A stretch of DNA of 64,000 bases from Candidatus Gottesmanbacteria bacterium (GTDB lineage: Bacteria; Patescibacteriota; Microgenomatia; UBA10105; UBA927): the NCBI GenBank assembly GCA_963790805.1, contig CAWBPL010000002.1:64696-128695 (forward strand). The letters are read 5' to 3'. Position numbers and translations under genes: made by a program. Below are positions 7,984 through 16,530 of this stretch, in pieces (positions within the stretch are counted from its first letter, which is position 1; each line of letters opens with the position of its first letter). The notes beneath the pieces are model-generated. The model ran no database searches. It had not been told where the DNA came from and saw only the letters and a list, made by a program, of their open reading frames with translations.

Positions 7984-8844
7984 ATGAAGTCTGGAGTTGT
8001 CGCCCTTATCGGCAGGCCGAACGTTGGAAAGTCAACGCTTCTCAACCATATTCTTGGACACAAGGTATCAATAACATCGCCGAAGCCGCAAACAACCAGA
8101 TTTAGTATTCAAGCAGTCTATGAAGAGGAACGTGGCCAAATTCTGTTTGTCGACACTCCCGGAATATTCGGAAAAATTCATGATCCGTTAGGGAAGCGAA
8201 TAAATATGAGAGCGGAAGAATCGCTCGATGAAGGAGTTGACGTAATTGTCTATATGGTTGACCACACGCGGGAAAAGGATTTTGAGGAAAATAAAGTGCT
8301 TGGCATCGTACGAAAAAGCAAAGCCCCGAAAATTCTCGTCATCAATAAGATTGACGTGCGGGAACCCACACACATCGTTCAATACAAATTCATGGAAGAA
8401 GAATTCGACGCAGTCGTGAGCATTTCGGCACTGGAACATAAAAATATTCCGACGCTCTTGGATGCTATATTCTCATTTCTCCCAGAGGGAAAACCTGTGG
8501 TTGATATGTCAACAATGACGCAACCGGGACTTAACATTGATAGCAAAATATTTATTGCAGAAATCATCCGAGAAAAAGCCTTTTTATTTTTACGCAGGGA
8601 AGTTCCCTACACGCTAACATCAATCGTAGATCTGGTTCAAGAACGAACCAATGGCACGCTCTACATCAAAGCACGCATACTAACTTCTGCTGATAGATAT
8701 AAAGCAATGATCGTCGGGAAAAGTGGATCTATGATTAAAGAAATCAGTATGGCGGCACGAAAAGAATTGGAAACTGCATCAAGTAAAAAAGTATTTCTGG
8801 AACTTACAGTGGAAACCGATCCCCATTGGATTGATTACATGTAA
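7984..8844 (+). CDS. era: GTPase Era
   Basis: G1 GRPNVGKST, G3 DTPG, G4 NKID, C-terminal KH domain. Confidence 0.93.
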   Translation: MKSGVVALIGRPNVGKSTLLNHILGHKVSITSPKPQTTRFSIQAVYEEERGQILFVDTPGIFGKIHDPLGKRINMRAEESLDEGVDVIVYMVDHTREKDFEENKVLGIVRKSKAPKILVINKIDVREPTHIVQYKFMEEEFDAVVSISALEHKNIPTLLDAIFSFLPEGKPVVDMSTMTQPGLNIDSKIFIAEIIREKAFLFLRREVPYTLTSIVDLVQERTNGTLYIKARILTSADRYKAMIVGKSGSMIKEISMAARKELETASSKKVFLELTVETDPHWIDYM

Positions 8845-8847
8845 AGG

Positions 8848-10236
8848 TTACTGTAGCCGCTTCAATATCTCCTCTTTCCCTAATATTTCAAGTGATTCCA
8901 AAAGCGGAGGACCCACCGTTTTACCTGTAATAGCTATGCGTAATTCCATAAATAAATCTTTGGCTTTGAGAGTGGCATTTTCTGCCGCACCCCGAATAGA
9001 TTTTTCCATTGCATCATGAGTCCAATCACTCGCAACCAATACGTTGTGAACGACGCCGATCAAAGTTTTGTTTAACGGTCTCTCATATTCTTTCGGCGAT
9101 TCATAGAAAAAACCGGCCAGCGACCAGAACTCTTTGAGGGTTTTCATGCGTTCCTTTATGAGCGGAAGTATCTTTTTCATACGGATATCGTCTTTTGGTA
9201 TCCGGTTGTCAAAAGAGTAAATTCTCATTATTAATTCATTATCCTTCATATCCCGTATATATTCGCCATTCATCCAGCGGAGTTTTTCGACATCAAATAT
9301 TGGAGCAGTCGTTTGAACCGCACCAAGATCAAATTCTTTAATCATTTCTTCGGTCGTAAACATGTCTTTTCCACCGGGAAATGACCACGCCATAGTACCT
9401 AAATAGTTTCTGACCGCCTCCGGTAAAAATCCCTGTTCTTTATACCATGATGCCCAAACGGGATTTTTCCGTTTACTTAATTTACTTTTATCTGGATTGC
9501 GAAGAAGCGGCATATGGGCAAATATCGGCAACTCCCATCCGAAAAATTGATAGAGTAAAATATGCTTCGGCGTTGACGAAATCCACTCCTCGCCGCGGAT
9601 AATATGCGAAATTTCCATAACGTGATCGTCGACAACTACCCCCAGATGATACGTGGGGTATCCGTCGGATTTTAACAACACCTGATCGTCGATAAGCTTA
9701 TTTTCAAAAGAAATTTGTCCGCGGATTAAATCGGTAAATGTAGTAACTCCGGCGTCCGGAACATCCAACCGGATAACATGTTTCTCCCCTTTCTCAACCC
9801 GCTTTTTACCCTCAGTTTTATCTATTTTTTTGCATAACCCGTCGTACATGGGCGGTAAATGCTTGGATTCTTGATCTTTGCGCATCTGTTCGAGACGCTC
9901 CGGTGTACAAAAACAATAATATGCGTGGCCTTTTTCAACAAGGCTTTCGGCATATCGTTTATACATATCAAGTCGCTCAGATTGACGATATGGAGCGTAT
10001 GGACCACCAATATCAGTACCCTCGTCATGAGAAATTCCAAGCCAGTCAAGTGAAGCAAGAATCCTTTTTTCAGAACCCTCTACAAATCTCGTTCTATCTG
10101 TATCCTCAATCCGGACGATAAATTGCCCTTTGTGTTTTTTGGCAAATACGTAATTAATAAGCGCCGTATAGGCATTTCCTATATGTAAATCCTGACCTGT
10201 CGGCGAAGGAGCTATGCGTGTACGAACGATACCCAT
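8848..10236 (-). CDS. gltX: glutamyl-tRNA synthetase
   Basis: Class I HIGH variant (HIGNAYTA) and KMSKS variant (KLSKR). 462 aa. Confidence 0.93.
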   Translation of the reverse strand: MGIVRTRIAPSPTGQDLHIGNAYTALINYVFAKKHKGQFIVRIEDTDRTRFVEGSEKRILASLDWLGISHDEGTDIGGPYAPYRQSERLDMYKRYAESLVEKGHAYYCFCTPERLEQMRKDQESKHLPPMYDGLCKKIDKTEGKKRVEKGEKHVIRLDVPDAGVTTFTDLIRGQISFENKLIDDQVLLKSDGYPTYHLGVVVDDHVMEISHIIRGEEWISSTPKHILLYQFFGWELPIFAHMPLLRNPDKSKLSKRKNPVWASWYKEQGFLPEAVRNYLGTMAWSFPGGKDMFTTEEMIKEFDLGAVQTTAPIFDVEKLRWMNGEYIRDMKDNELIMRIYSFDNRIPKDDIRMKKILPLIKERMKTLKEFWSLAGFFYESPKEYERPLNKTLIGVVHNVLVASDWTHDAMEKSIRGAAENATLKAKDLFMELRIAITGKTVGPPLLESLEILGKEEILKRLQ

Positions 10237-10245
10237 AACGCATTG

Positions 10246-10274
10246 ATTCTAACACGCAGCCACCGTATACTCAA
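10246..10274 (-). promoter_or_regulatory. candidate sigma-70 promoter of gltX (TTGAGT-N17-TAGAAT), near-leaderless
   Basis: The -10 box ends 9 nt before the ATG. No Shine-Dalgarno sequence. Confidence 0.45.
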
Positions 10275-10343
10275 AGTATAATCGTTATCCATTAAACGTT
10301 GCGAAAAGATGGTAACCTATAATGGTTAACGACTTACCTACCC

Positions 10344-11396
10344 ATGTCTTCACTTACAGAAACTGCTTATTATACACGACGGGCCATCAATTGGACCATC
10401 TTAGGCGTCATTGCATATTTTTTACTAAAAATATTCTGGGGAATCCTCGTTATTCTCTGGATGGCTATCTTTCCACCGAAACTGCCTCCCCCAAATCATG
10501 CATTTGGAAGACTTCCGGCGCTTGCGTTTCCCCAGCAGGCAACGCCATCAGCTACGCTAACATTTCAACTTCAAACAATACAGGGAACTCTGCCCACCGC
10601 GTCTCCATCAGCAACTGTGTATTTTATGCCCAAAACAGCTGCAAATCTTTTAGCGTTATCTACAACGCAACAATTCGCTACAAGACTGCAATTTGACCCA
10701 ACTCCCATTCAGGAAAGTAAAAATATTTATCGATTTAATGATTCTGAACTACCGCTTCGTCGCTTACGATTTGATATTGTTTCATCAAATTTTATCGTCC
10801 GTTACGGATTTGAACAGGATCTATCAGTCTTTGATGAAAAAAACCTTCCGACGGACGATCAGGCAAAGCAAGAAACACTCACTATGCTCCAAACATATTC
10901 GTTATATCCGGATGATTTTAACGGAGGGCCAGTAACGGTATCATACCTACGCCTCAATGAAAACACCCTTATACCGACAACAAGTCTATCTCAAAGCGAT
11001 GCCGTACGTGTTGATTATTTTAGAAAATCAATCGGTGAAATGCCGCTTGTTACCCCCATACCCGATGAGGGTCCTATATCTATTATTCTGTCAGGTTCAA
11101 CTGACAGCAAAAAACGGGTTATACAATTTGCGTATACCTACTGGCCGATTGATTATCAAACAACAGCAACGTATGCGCTAAAAACAACCCAACAGGCATG
11201 GGAAGAATTGCAACAGGGAAAGGGATTTATTGCCCAATATCCTCAAAACACAACGACGGCTATCGTGCGCGATGTAGGTTTAGCATATTATGATTCTTTT
11301 GATCCCCAAACCTATCTGCAACCGGTTTTCGTTTTTAGCGGAGACAACGGGTTTCTCGGGTACGTTCCTGCGGTATCATCAGAATGGGTAGAATGA
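10344..11396 (+). CDS. hypothetical membrane-anchored exported protein
   Basis: 350 aa with an N-terminal TM segment (WTILGVIAYFLLKIFWGILVILWMAIF). No motif I recognise. Confidence 0.55.
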   Translation: MSSLTETAYYTRRAINWTILGVIAYFLLKIFWGILVILWMAIFPPKLPPPNHAFGRLPALAFPQQATPSATLTFQLQTIQGTLPTASPSATVYFMPKTAANLLALSTTQQFATRLQFDPTPIQESKNIYRFNDSELPLRRLRFDIVSSNFIVRYGFEQDLSVFDEKNLPTDDQAKQETLTMLQTYSLYPDDFNGGPVTVSYLRLNENTLIPTTSLSQSDAVRVDYFRKSIGEMPLVTPIPDEGPISIILSGSTDSKKRVIQFAYTYWPIDYQTTATYALKTTQQAWEELQQGKGFIAQYPQNTTTAIVRDVGLAYYDSFDPQTYLQPVFVFSGDNGFLGYVPAVSSEWVE

Positions 11397-11402
11397 TTTG
11401 TT

Positions 11403-12374
11403 CTATTTACGCGCAATGTCATCCCATTGATAGTTGTTGAAAACCCAGTCAATAAGCTTTTCCGTATCCCCAAATCGATCATCACTATGAAGAACAACTG
11501 TAATAACTCTATGTCCATTTCTCTCAATGAGAGTGATGAGATTCTCACCTGCTTCTTCAGTCCATCCCGTTTTTATACCAGCAACCCCGGGGATTTTACC
11601 TAACAGTTCATTTACATTTTTCAGCGGATAATAATACGTATGCGTAACATCAGATATTGTAATTTGCGGGATAGCGACAATTTTTGCAATCTCTTTATTG
11701 TTTAAGGCAACACTACCGAGTCGTGCTAAATCCATCGGAGTCATTTTGTGATTCGGGTCGTCATACCCAACTGGATTCGTAAAAGTGCTATGTTCCAAAT
11801 GAAGTTCCTTCGCTTTTTTATTCATGGCTTGAACAAATTTATCAACTCCGCCCGGATAATGTTCTGCGAGTGCATATGCTGCGTCGTTTCCTGAATATAC
11901 GAGAGCCCCGTACAAAAGATTTTCGACAGTCATGCGTTCTCCCGAAAATAATCCGATCGCCTGTCCGTCATTCATAACTGTTTTTATAGTTACAACGTCA
12001 TCAAGATTATATGAATCCAATGCAACTAACGCTGTTAAAATCTTCGTCGTTGATGCCGGTGACAATAACTCATTCTCATTGCGTTTATACAGAAAAACTC
12101 CGGAGTCGACGTCTAATACGACAACACCCGTAGCGCTCACTTCTGATCCCGGATAAACGCCGGTTATGTTCGTAGGGTATGGAGCCGGAGTCGGAGCTGA
12201 CAAAAATACCGCTTGAGAGGCTACTTGATCACGCAAGCTTCCATCCGTATAAACGGTCATTCCAGGACTCATGAGAATAAATAACCCGAGGAATACCAAA
12301 AAAACTATTTTATCCCAACGGGTTTTATACCACGGAGGTTTTTGTGTAAATACTGCTCGTTTTTTCTTTGCCAT
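11403..12374 (-). CDS. D-alanyl-D-alanine carboxypeptidase (serine peptidase S11, PBP5-like)
   Basis: SxxK (SPASTTK), SxN (YSGND) and KTG (IKTGWT) motifs, plus an N-terminal anchor. Confidence 0.88.
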   Translation of the reverse strand: MAKKKRAVFTQKPPWYKTRWDKIVFLVFLGLFILMSPGMTVYTDGSLRDQVASQAVFLSAPTPAPYPTNITGVYPGSEVSATGVVVLDVDSGVFLYKRNENELLSPASTTKILTALVALDSYNLDDVVTIKTVMNDGQAIGLFSGERMTVENLLYGALVYSGNDAAYALAEHYPGGVDKFVQAMNKKAKELHLEHSTFTNPVGYDDPNHKMTPMDLARLGSVALNNKEIAKIVAIPQITISDVTHTYYYPLKNVNELLGKIPGVAGIKTGWTEEAGENLITLIERNGHRVITVVLHSDDRFGDTEKLIDWVFNNYQWDDIARK

Positions 12375-14236
12375 TACGCTACCTTTGAATATGCTCCAAT
12401 AATGGGTTTCGCAACTTTTTCATAATCCACTTCCTTAAAACGAATGGATTTATGATGCAATCCGGCGTTAAAAACGACATACTCATTTGTTTTCAATCCG
12501 CTATCCATATATAAAGGTATACCAAAAATATGGCCGAATGGCGGTACGGCGCCAATGGGCACCGATGTCACTTTTACCACTTCTTCCGGCGTCGCCATAC
12601 GCAAATCACGGACACTATAAAGTTTTTTGAATGCTTTCATGTCTACTTTTTGATCACCTGCAACGGCAACCATAATCGGTTTGCCATCAGCATACAGAAC
12701 GAGCGCTTTCGCTCCTTCATGCGGATCGGTATTTCTGACCTTTGCAGCTTCCTCTGAGGTACGGACAGGCTCATGTTCGTACGCTTTGTATTGCACATGC
12801 GCATTTTCAAGCATTGCCACAATTTGATCGTATATGACAGTACCCCCACCCCGTTTGACAGTAAGCGTTAGTCCGATCTCTTTCAATTGGGACTCATCGA
12901 CGATACTCGGCGCATCCATAACGCTTGTTTTACCACCAGACGTCATGGGAAATGCCACAACTTCCCGAAGATAGGGTTCTCCCGTTATAGTCATCAGAAG
13001 TCGTTCGATGCCGTGAGCGAGGCCTCCGTGAGGCGGAGCGCCGAATTCAAACGCCTCCAACATATGTCCGAATTGTTCACGAATTTTTTCTTTACCATAT
13101 CCCATGACCTCAAAAACTGCTTCGAGAACCGCCGCCTCGTGACCTCTAATGCTCCCTCCGCCCACTTCGTAGCCGTTACAAACCAAATCATATTGTGTCG
13201 TTAAAATATTGCCGATGTTCTTTTTTTTCAATAACCAGTCTTTATGTTCCGGCTTCGGGGCGGAAAACGGATTATGGGTAAAAGTCCAGCTCCCGTCATC
13301 CGCTTTTTCAAAAAACGGAAAATCCACAACCCACGCATATGCCAATACGCCGTTTTTTTTGTCCTCCTCACTTCTAAGATCAAATTTATCCGCTCCAAAC
13401 TCTTTCACCGCCTGTGCATACGTATAGACAGGAAACGGTTTTTGCTTTATCGTATATCCCAATTTTTCAATAACAGCAATCATCATTGCTTCGTCAAGCG
13501 CCATCACATCCTCACGCTCCACAAAACTCATTTCAATATCTACCTGCGAATGTTCAAACCCACGGTCAGCGCGCAGATCTTCATCACGCATACAGCGGGC
13601 AATCTGAAAATACCGCTCAAAACCGGCAACCATCAAAAGCTGTTTGTATTGCTGTGGAGATTGAGGAAGAGCGTAAAATTTTCCGGGCTGCAGTCGGGAA
13701 GGTACCAGAAAATCCCGCGATCCCTCAGGAGTCGATTTGGTCAAAAGCGGCGTTTCTATCTCGGTAAAATCCTGAGAAAATAAATATTGCCGGATGAGAT
13801 CAACAAGTTTGGAACGAAGACGGATATTGCGGTTAAGTCGCGGACGCCGAAGATCCAAATACCGGTATTTCAACCGTATGTCTTCGTTGATATCCAATCC
13901 ATCCGTATCGATAGGAAATGGCAATTCTTTTGCCCTATTCAAAATATTCATCGTTTTAACTTCAACCTCTATCGTTCCTGTCGCCAGCTTCGAATTCACC
14001 ATCGCTTCCGGACGCCTTTTAACAGTGCCGAGTACTTCGACGACATCTTCAATGCCAACTTCACCCAAGTCTTTTTGCGAAACCATCTGCACGAGCCCCG
14101 AACGGTCCCGCAGATCTAAAAACATGATTTTCCCGTGATCACGCCGGCTGTTTATCCAGCCTTTGAGAAGTATTTCCTGACCGACTTTTTCGACTGTCTT
14201 AAGAGCTAATGTTCTTTCCATAGATACCTCTATCAT
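12374..14236 (-). CDS. aspS: aspartyl-tRNA synthetase lacking the GAD insertion, fused to a C-terminal YbaK/ProX-like aminoacyl-tRNA deacylase domain
   Basis: N-terminal OB fold and class II motifs (FYALPQSPQQYKQLL, QIARCMRDEDLRADR, GGGSIR, GLAHGIERL). The core ends near aa 460. Residues 466-620 carry YbaK-like GAKALVL and PIGAVPPFGH. Confidence 0.85.
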   Translation of the reverse strand: MIEVSMERTLALKTVEKVGQEILLKGWINSRRDHGKIMFLDLRDRSGLVQMVSQKDLGEVGIEDVVEVLGTVKRRPEAMVNSKLATGTIEVEVKTMNILNRAKELPFPIDTDGLDINEDIRLKYRYLDLRRPRLNRNIRLRSKLVDLIRQYLFSQDFTEIETPLLTKSTPEGSRDFLVPSRLQPGKFYALPQSPQQYKQLLMVAGFERYFQIARCMRDEDLRADRGFEHSQVDIEMSFVEREDVMALDEAMMIAVIEKLGYTIKQKPFPVYTYAQAVKEFGADKFDLRSEEDKKNGVLAYAWVVDFPFFEKADDGSWTFTHNPFSAPKPEHKDWLLKKKNIGNILTTQYDLVCNGYEVGGGSIRGHEAAVLEAVFEVMGYGKEKIREQFGHMLEAFEFGAPPHGGLAHGIERLLMTITGEPYLREVVAFPMTSGGKTSVMDAPSIVDESQLKEIGLTLTVKRGGGTVIYDQIVAMLENAHVQYKAYEHEPVRTSEEAAKVRNTDPHEGAKALVLYADGKPIMVAVAGDQKVDMKAFKKLYSVRDLRMATPEEVVKVTSVPIGAVPPFGHIFGIPLYMDSGLKTNEYVVFNAGLHHKSIRFKEVDYEKVAKPIIGAYSKVA

Positions 14237-14273
14237 AACAAAAAACAGGTACCATCGATATTTGTGCTTCCAA

Positions 14274-15344
14274 TTATATTGAAAGAAGGAATTTACGCAA
14301 AATCTGATAGTACGTTTCCAAACTTGAAATGCTTACCCATTCGGAATCGGTATGAGGCCCTTCGCCGACGGGCCCAAACTCTATGCCGGCGGCCTTTGGA
14401 AAATGACGTAAATCCGATGCGCCGTGTTTACTTACAATTTTTGGTTCTTTACCCAATTCTTGCGCCACTATTTTAGACAATCGTTCAACAAACGGATTAC
14501 TTGTATCGGTTGCATGAGCGGGCTCTTGTACCACCATTTCCATGGTTGAACCTGATGGAAGTAGCGATCTAAGAGTTTTTTCAGTTGCCGACAAACCTTC
14601 CTCTGGTATATATCGGACATCCATTCTAAGAAGCGCATCATCAGGAACTTTATTATATGTTTTATTTGTCGTCTCGATACTTGCGACATTTACTGTCGTT
14701 TGCCATGCCTCCCGCTGAGGAATCGGATATTTCTCTTTAACTTGGGTAAGAAATTTCTGAACTGTCCACAATGCGTTATCACCACTCCATGGGTGCGCTC
14801 CATGAGCAGATTTGCCTGTAAAACGAATATTCACCCACAAAATTCCTTTCGCCCGAATTCCTAGTGAAAAATCGCTTGACGTTTCCCCTACTAAAACCAA
14901 CTGCGCCTTTATACCCTGCTCAACTTGATATTTTGTTCCTTTAAATCCTCCTATTTCTTCGTCCGTTACGAGTTGTAAACCGAGAGGATAATGCACCGAT
15001 TTTGCGATATGAGCAAACGCAATAATCTCGGCAGCTGCAGCCGCTTTCATGTCATATGCACCGCGTCCATATAAACGATCTCCGTCAATACGGGGCGTAT
15101 ATTGCTTTTCTTTCGCAGAGACAACATCCACATGCGCATTTAAGATAACTGTAAATTCTTTAGGTATCGTGGGTTGATTAAAAAACAAAAGGCTCTCTAC
15201 GCCGTCTTTCTCAAATTGCTTCACGGTAAACCCATCTAAATATTTTTTCACAACCTCAAGAGCTTTTGAACACTCCTTTAGATCACCCGTCACTGAGGGG
15301 ATGCATATAATATCGGAAGCTAAAGCAATGATTTCATCTTTCAT
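14274..15344 (-). CDS. M20 family metallo-amidohydrolase (ArgE/DapE/N-acyl-amino-acid deacylase-like)
   Basis: NAHVDVV, GRGAYDMK, TDEEIGG and GKSAHGAHP motifs of the M20 family. Confidence 0.85.
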   Translation of the reverse strand: MKDEIIALASDIICIPSVTGDLKECSKALEVVKKYLDGFTVKQFEKDGVESLLFFNQPTIPKEFTVILNAHVDVVSAKEKQYTPRIDGDRLYGRGAYDMKAAAAAEIIAFAHIAKSVHYPLGLQLVTDEEIGGFKGTKYQVEQGIKAQLVLVGETSSDFSLGIRAKGILWVNIRFTGKSAHGAHPWSGDNALWTVQKFLTQVKEKYPIPQREAWQTTVNVASIETTNKTYNKVPDDALLRMDVRYIPEEGLSATEKTLRSLLPSGSTMEMVVQEPAHATDTSNPFVERLSKIVAQELGKEPKIVSKHGASDLRHFPKAAGIEFGPVGEGPHTDSEWVSISSLETYYQILRKFLLSI

Positions 15345-15420
15345 AGGTTACAAAGGATTATAGCAGAAGCAGTCTAGAGAGCAGCTCACAAATCTTTATA
15401 AACAGAACGTGCATTGTCTA

Positions 15421-16530
15421 TTATTCTAATTCTATTTTTTCAACAGTGTAGCGCTGTATTTTTTCTTCGTCTATATCAAATCCCAATCCGGTTTTGGACG
15501 GAACTTCAACAAATCCTTCCTTGTCTACTTTAAAACTATTTATTACCAAATCATCTGAATAAAAAAAGCTTACCGGCGACATGTCTGCGGGATATATATA
15601 ATTCGGAAGACTCGCAACAGCGATATTAAATGCACGCCCGATACCGCTTTCCAGCATCCCACCGCACCAAACCCCGACGCCATGACCTTGACAATAATCA
15701 TGTATCCTTTTGCTTTCAAGAAGACCACCAACTCTCCCGGGTTTAATGTTTATAATTTTGCAAGCACCTAAATATATCGCTCTTCGCGCATCATCAACTG
15801 ATTCGATACTTTCATCCAAACAAATAGGTGTTTCGATCTGTTTTTGAAGTATGGAATGATCGACGATATCATCATCAGCAAGCGGCTGCTCTATCATAAG
15901 TAAATTAAACCGGTCTAACGTTTTCAATGTATCCATGTCATTCAACGTATACGATGAATTTGCATCCACCATGAGAGAGATATCTCCGAATTTTCTTCTG
16001 ATTGCTTTAATAACCGTCACGTCCCATTTTGGTTGAATCTTTATTTTCATCCGTTGAAAACCCTGATCAATCCGCAGTGCTATTTCTTCAAACGTTTCTT
16101 CAATCGTTTTTTTGATACCAATACTCTCACCAACCGCAATTTTCTTTTGCGTACCGCCCAAGAGAGATGAAATTGATTTCTTTTTATTCAAAGAAAGAAT
16201 CATCCACACGGCAGTTTCTAATCCCGTTTTGGCAAAATTGTTTTTCTTAACTGGATTTAATAGACTCACAAGATCTTCAGCTGTCTCAAATTCTTTACCC
16301 AGCACAAGGGGCGCGATATACTGACGGAGAACAAGCATACACATATCTGTCGTTTCCGGTTTATAATACGGGAAAGGTAAAGCCGCTGACTCTCCCCATC
16401 CCACAATTCCATCACTTGTCTCAGCACGAACGATAATTGTGGGCTTTCGTTTCACGGTGCCGAAGCTCGTCGTAAACGAGGTGATCATCGGTATTTCAAC
16501 TTTATATAATGTTATCCGCCGTAATTTCAT
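15421..16530 (-). CDS. enolase-superfamily enzyme, MLE subgroup, N-acylamino acid racemase / o-succinylbenzoate synthase-like
   Basis: Catalytic KxK (MKIKIQPKWD), metal ligands VDAN / IEQPL / CLDES, and a second catalytic Lys in NIKPGRVGG. Confidence 0.85.
   Translation of the reverse strand: MKLRRITLYKVEIPMITSFTTSFGTVKRKPTIIVRAETSDGIVGWGESAALPFPYYKPETTDMCMLVLRQYIAPLVLGKEFETAEDLVSLLNPVKKNNFAKTGLETAVWMILSLNKKKSISSLLGGTQKKIAVGESIGIKKTIEETFEEIALRIDQGFQRMKIKIQPKWDVTVIKAIRRKFGDISLMVDANSSYTLNDMDTLKTLDRFNLLMIEQPLADDDIVDHSILQKQIETPICLDESIESVDDARRAIYLGACKIINIKPGRVGGLLESKRIHDYCQGHGVGVWCGGMLESGIGRAFNIAVASLPNYIYPADMSPVSFFYSDDLVINSFKVDKEGFVEVPSKTGLGFDIDEEKIQRYTVEKIELE

Noticed and set aside
7953-8063. 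N-terminal extension of the sigma-factor ORF overlapping era by 80 nt
   Set aside because: The extension (MCPRIWLRSVDFPTFGLPIRATTPDF...) is the antisense of the era P-loop region. Sigma region 2 homology begins after the internal Met at 7952.
13244-14138. Several 90-180-aa plus-strand ORFs
   Set aside because: All are antisense to aspS, with no independent signals.
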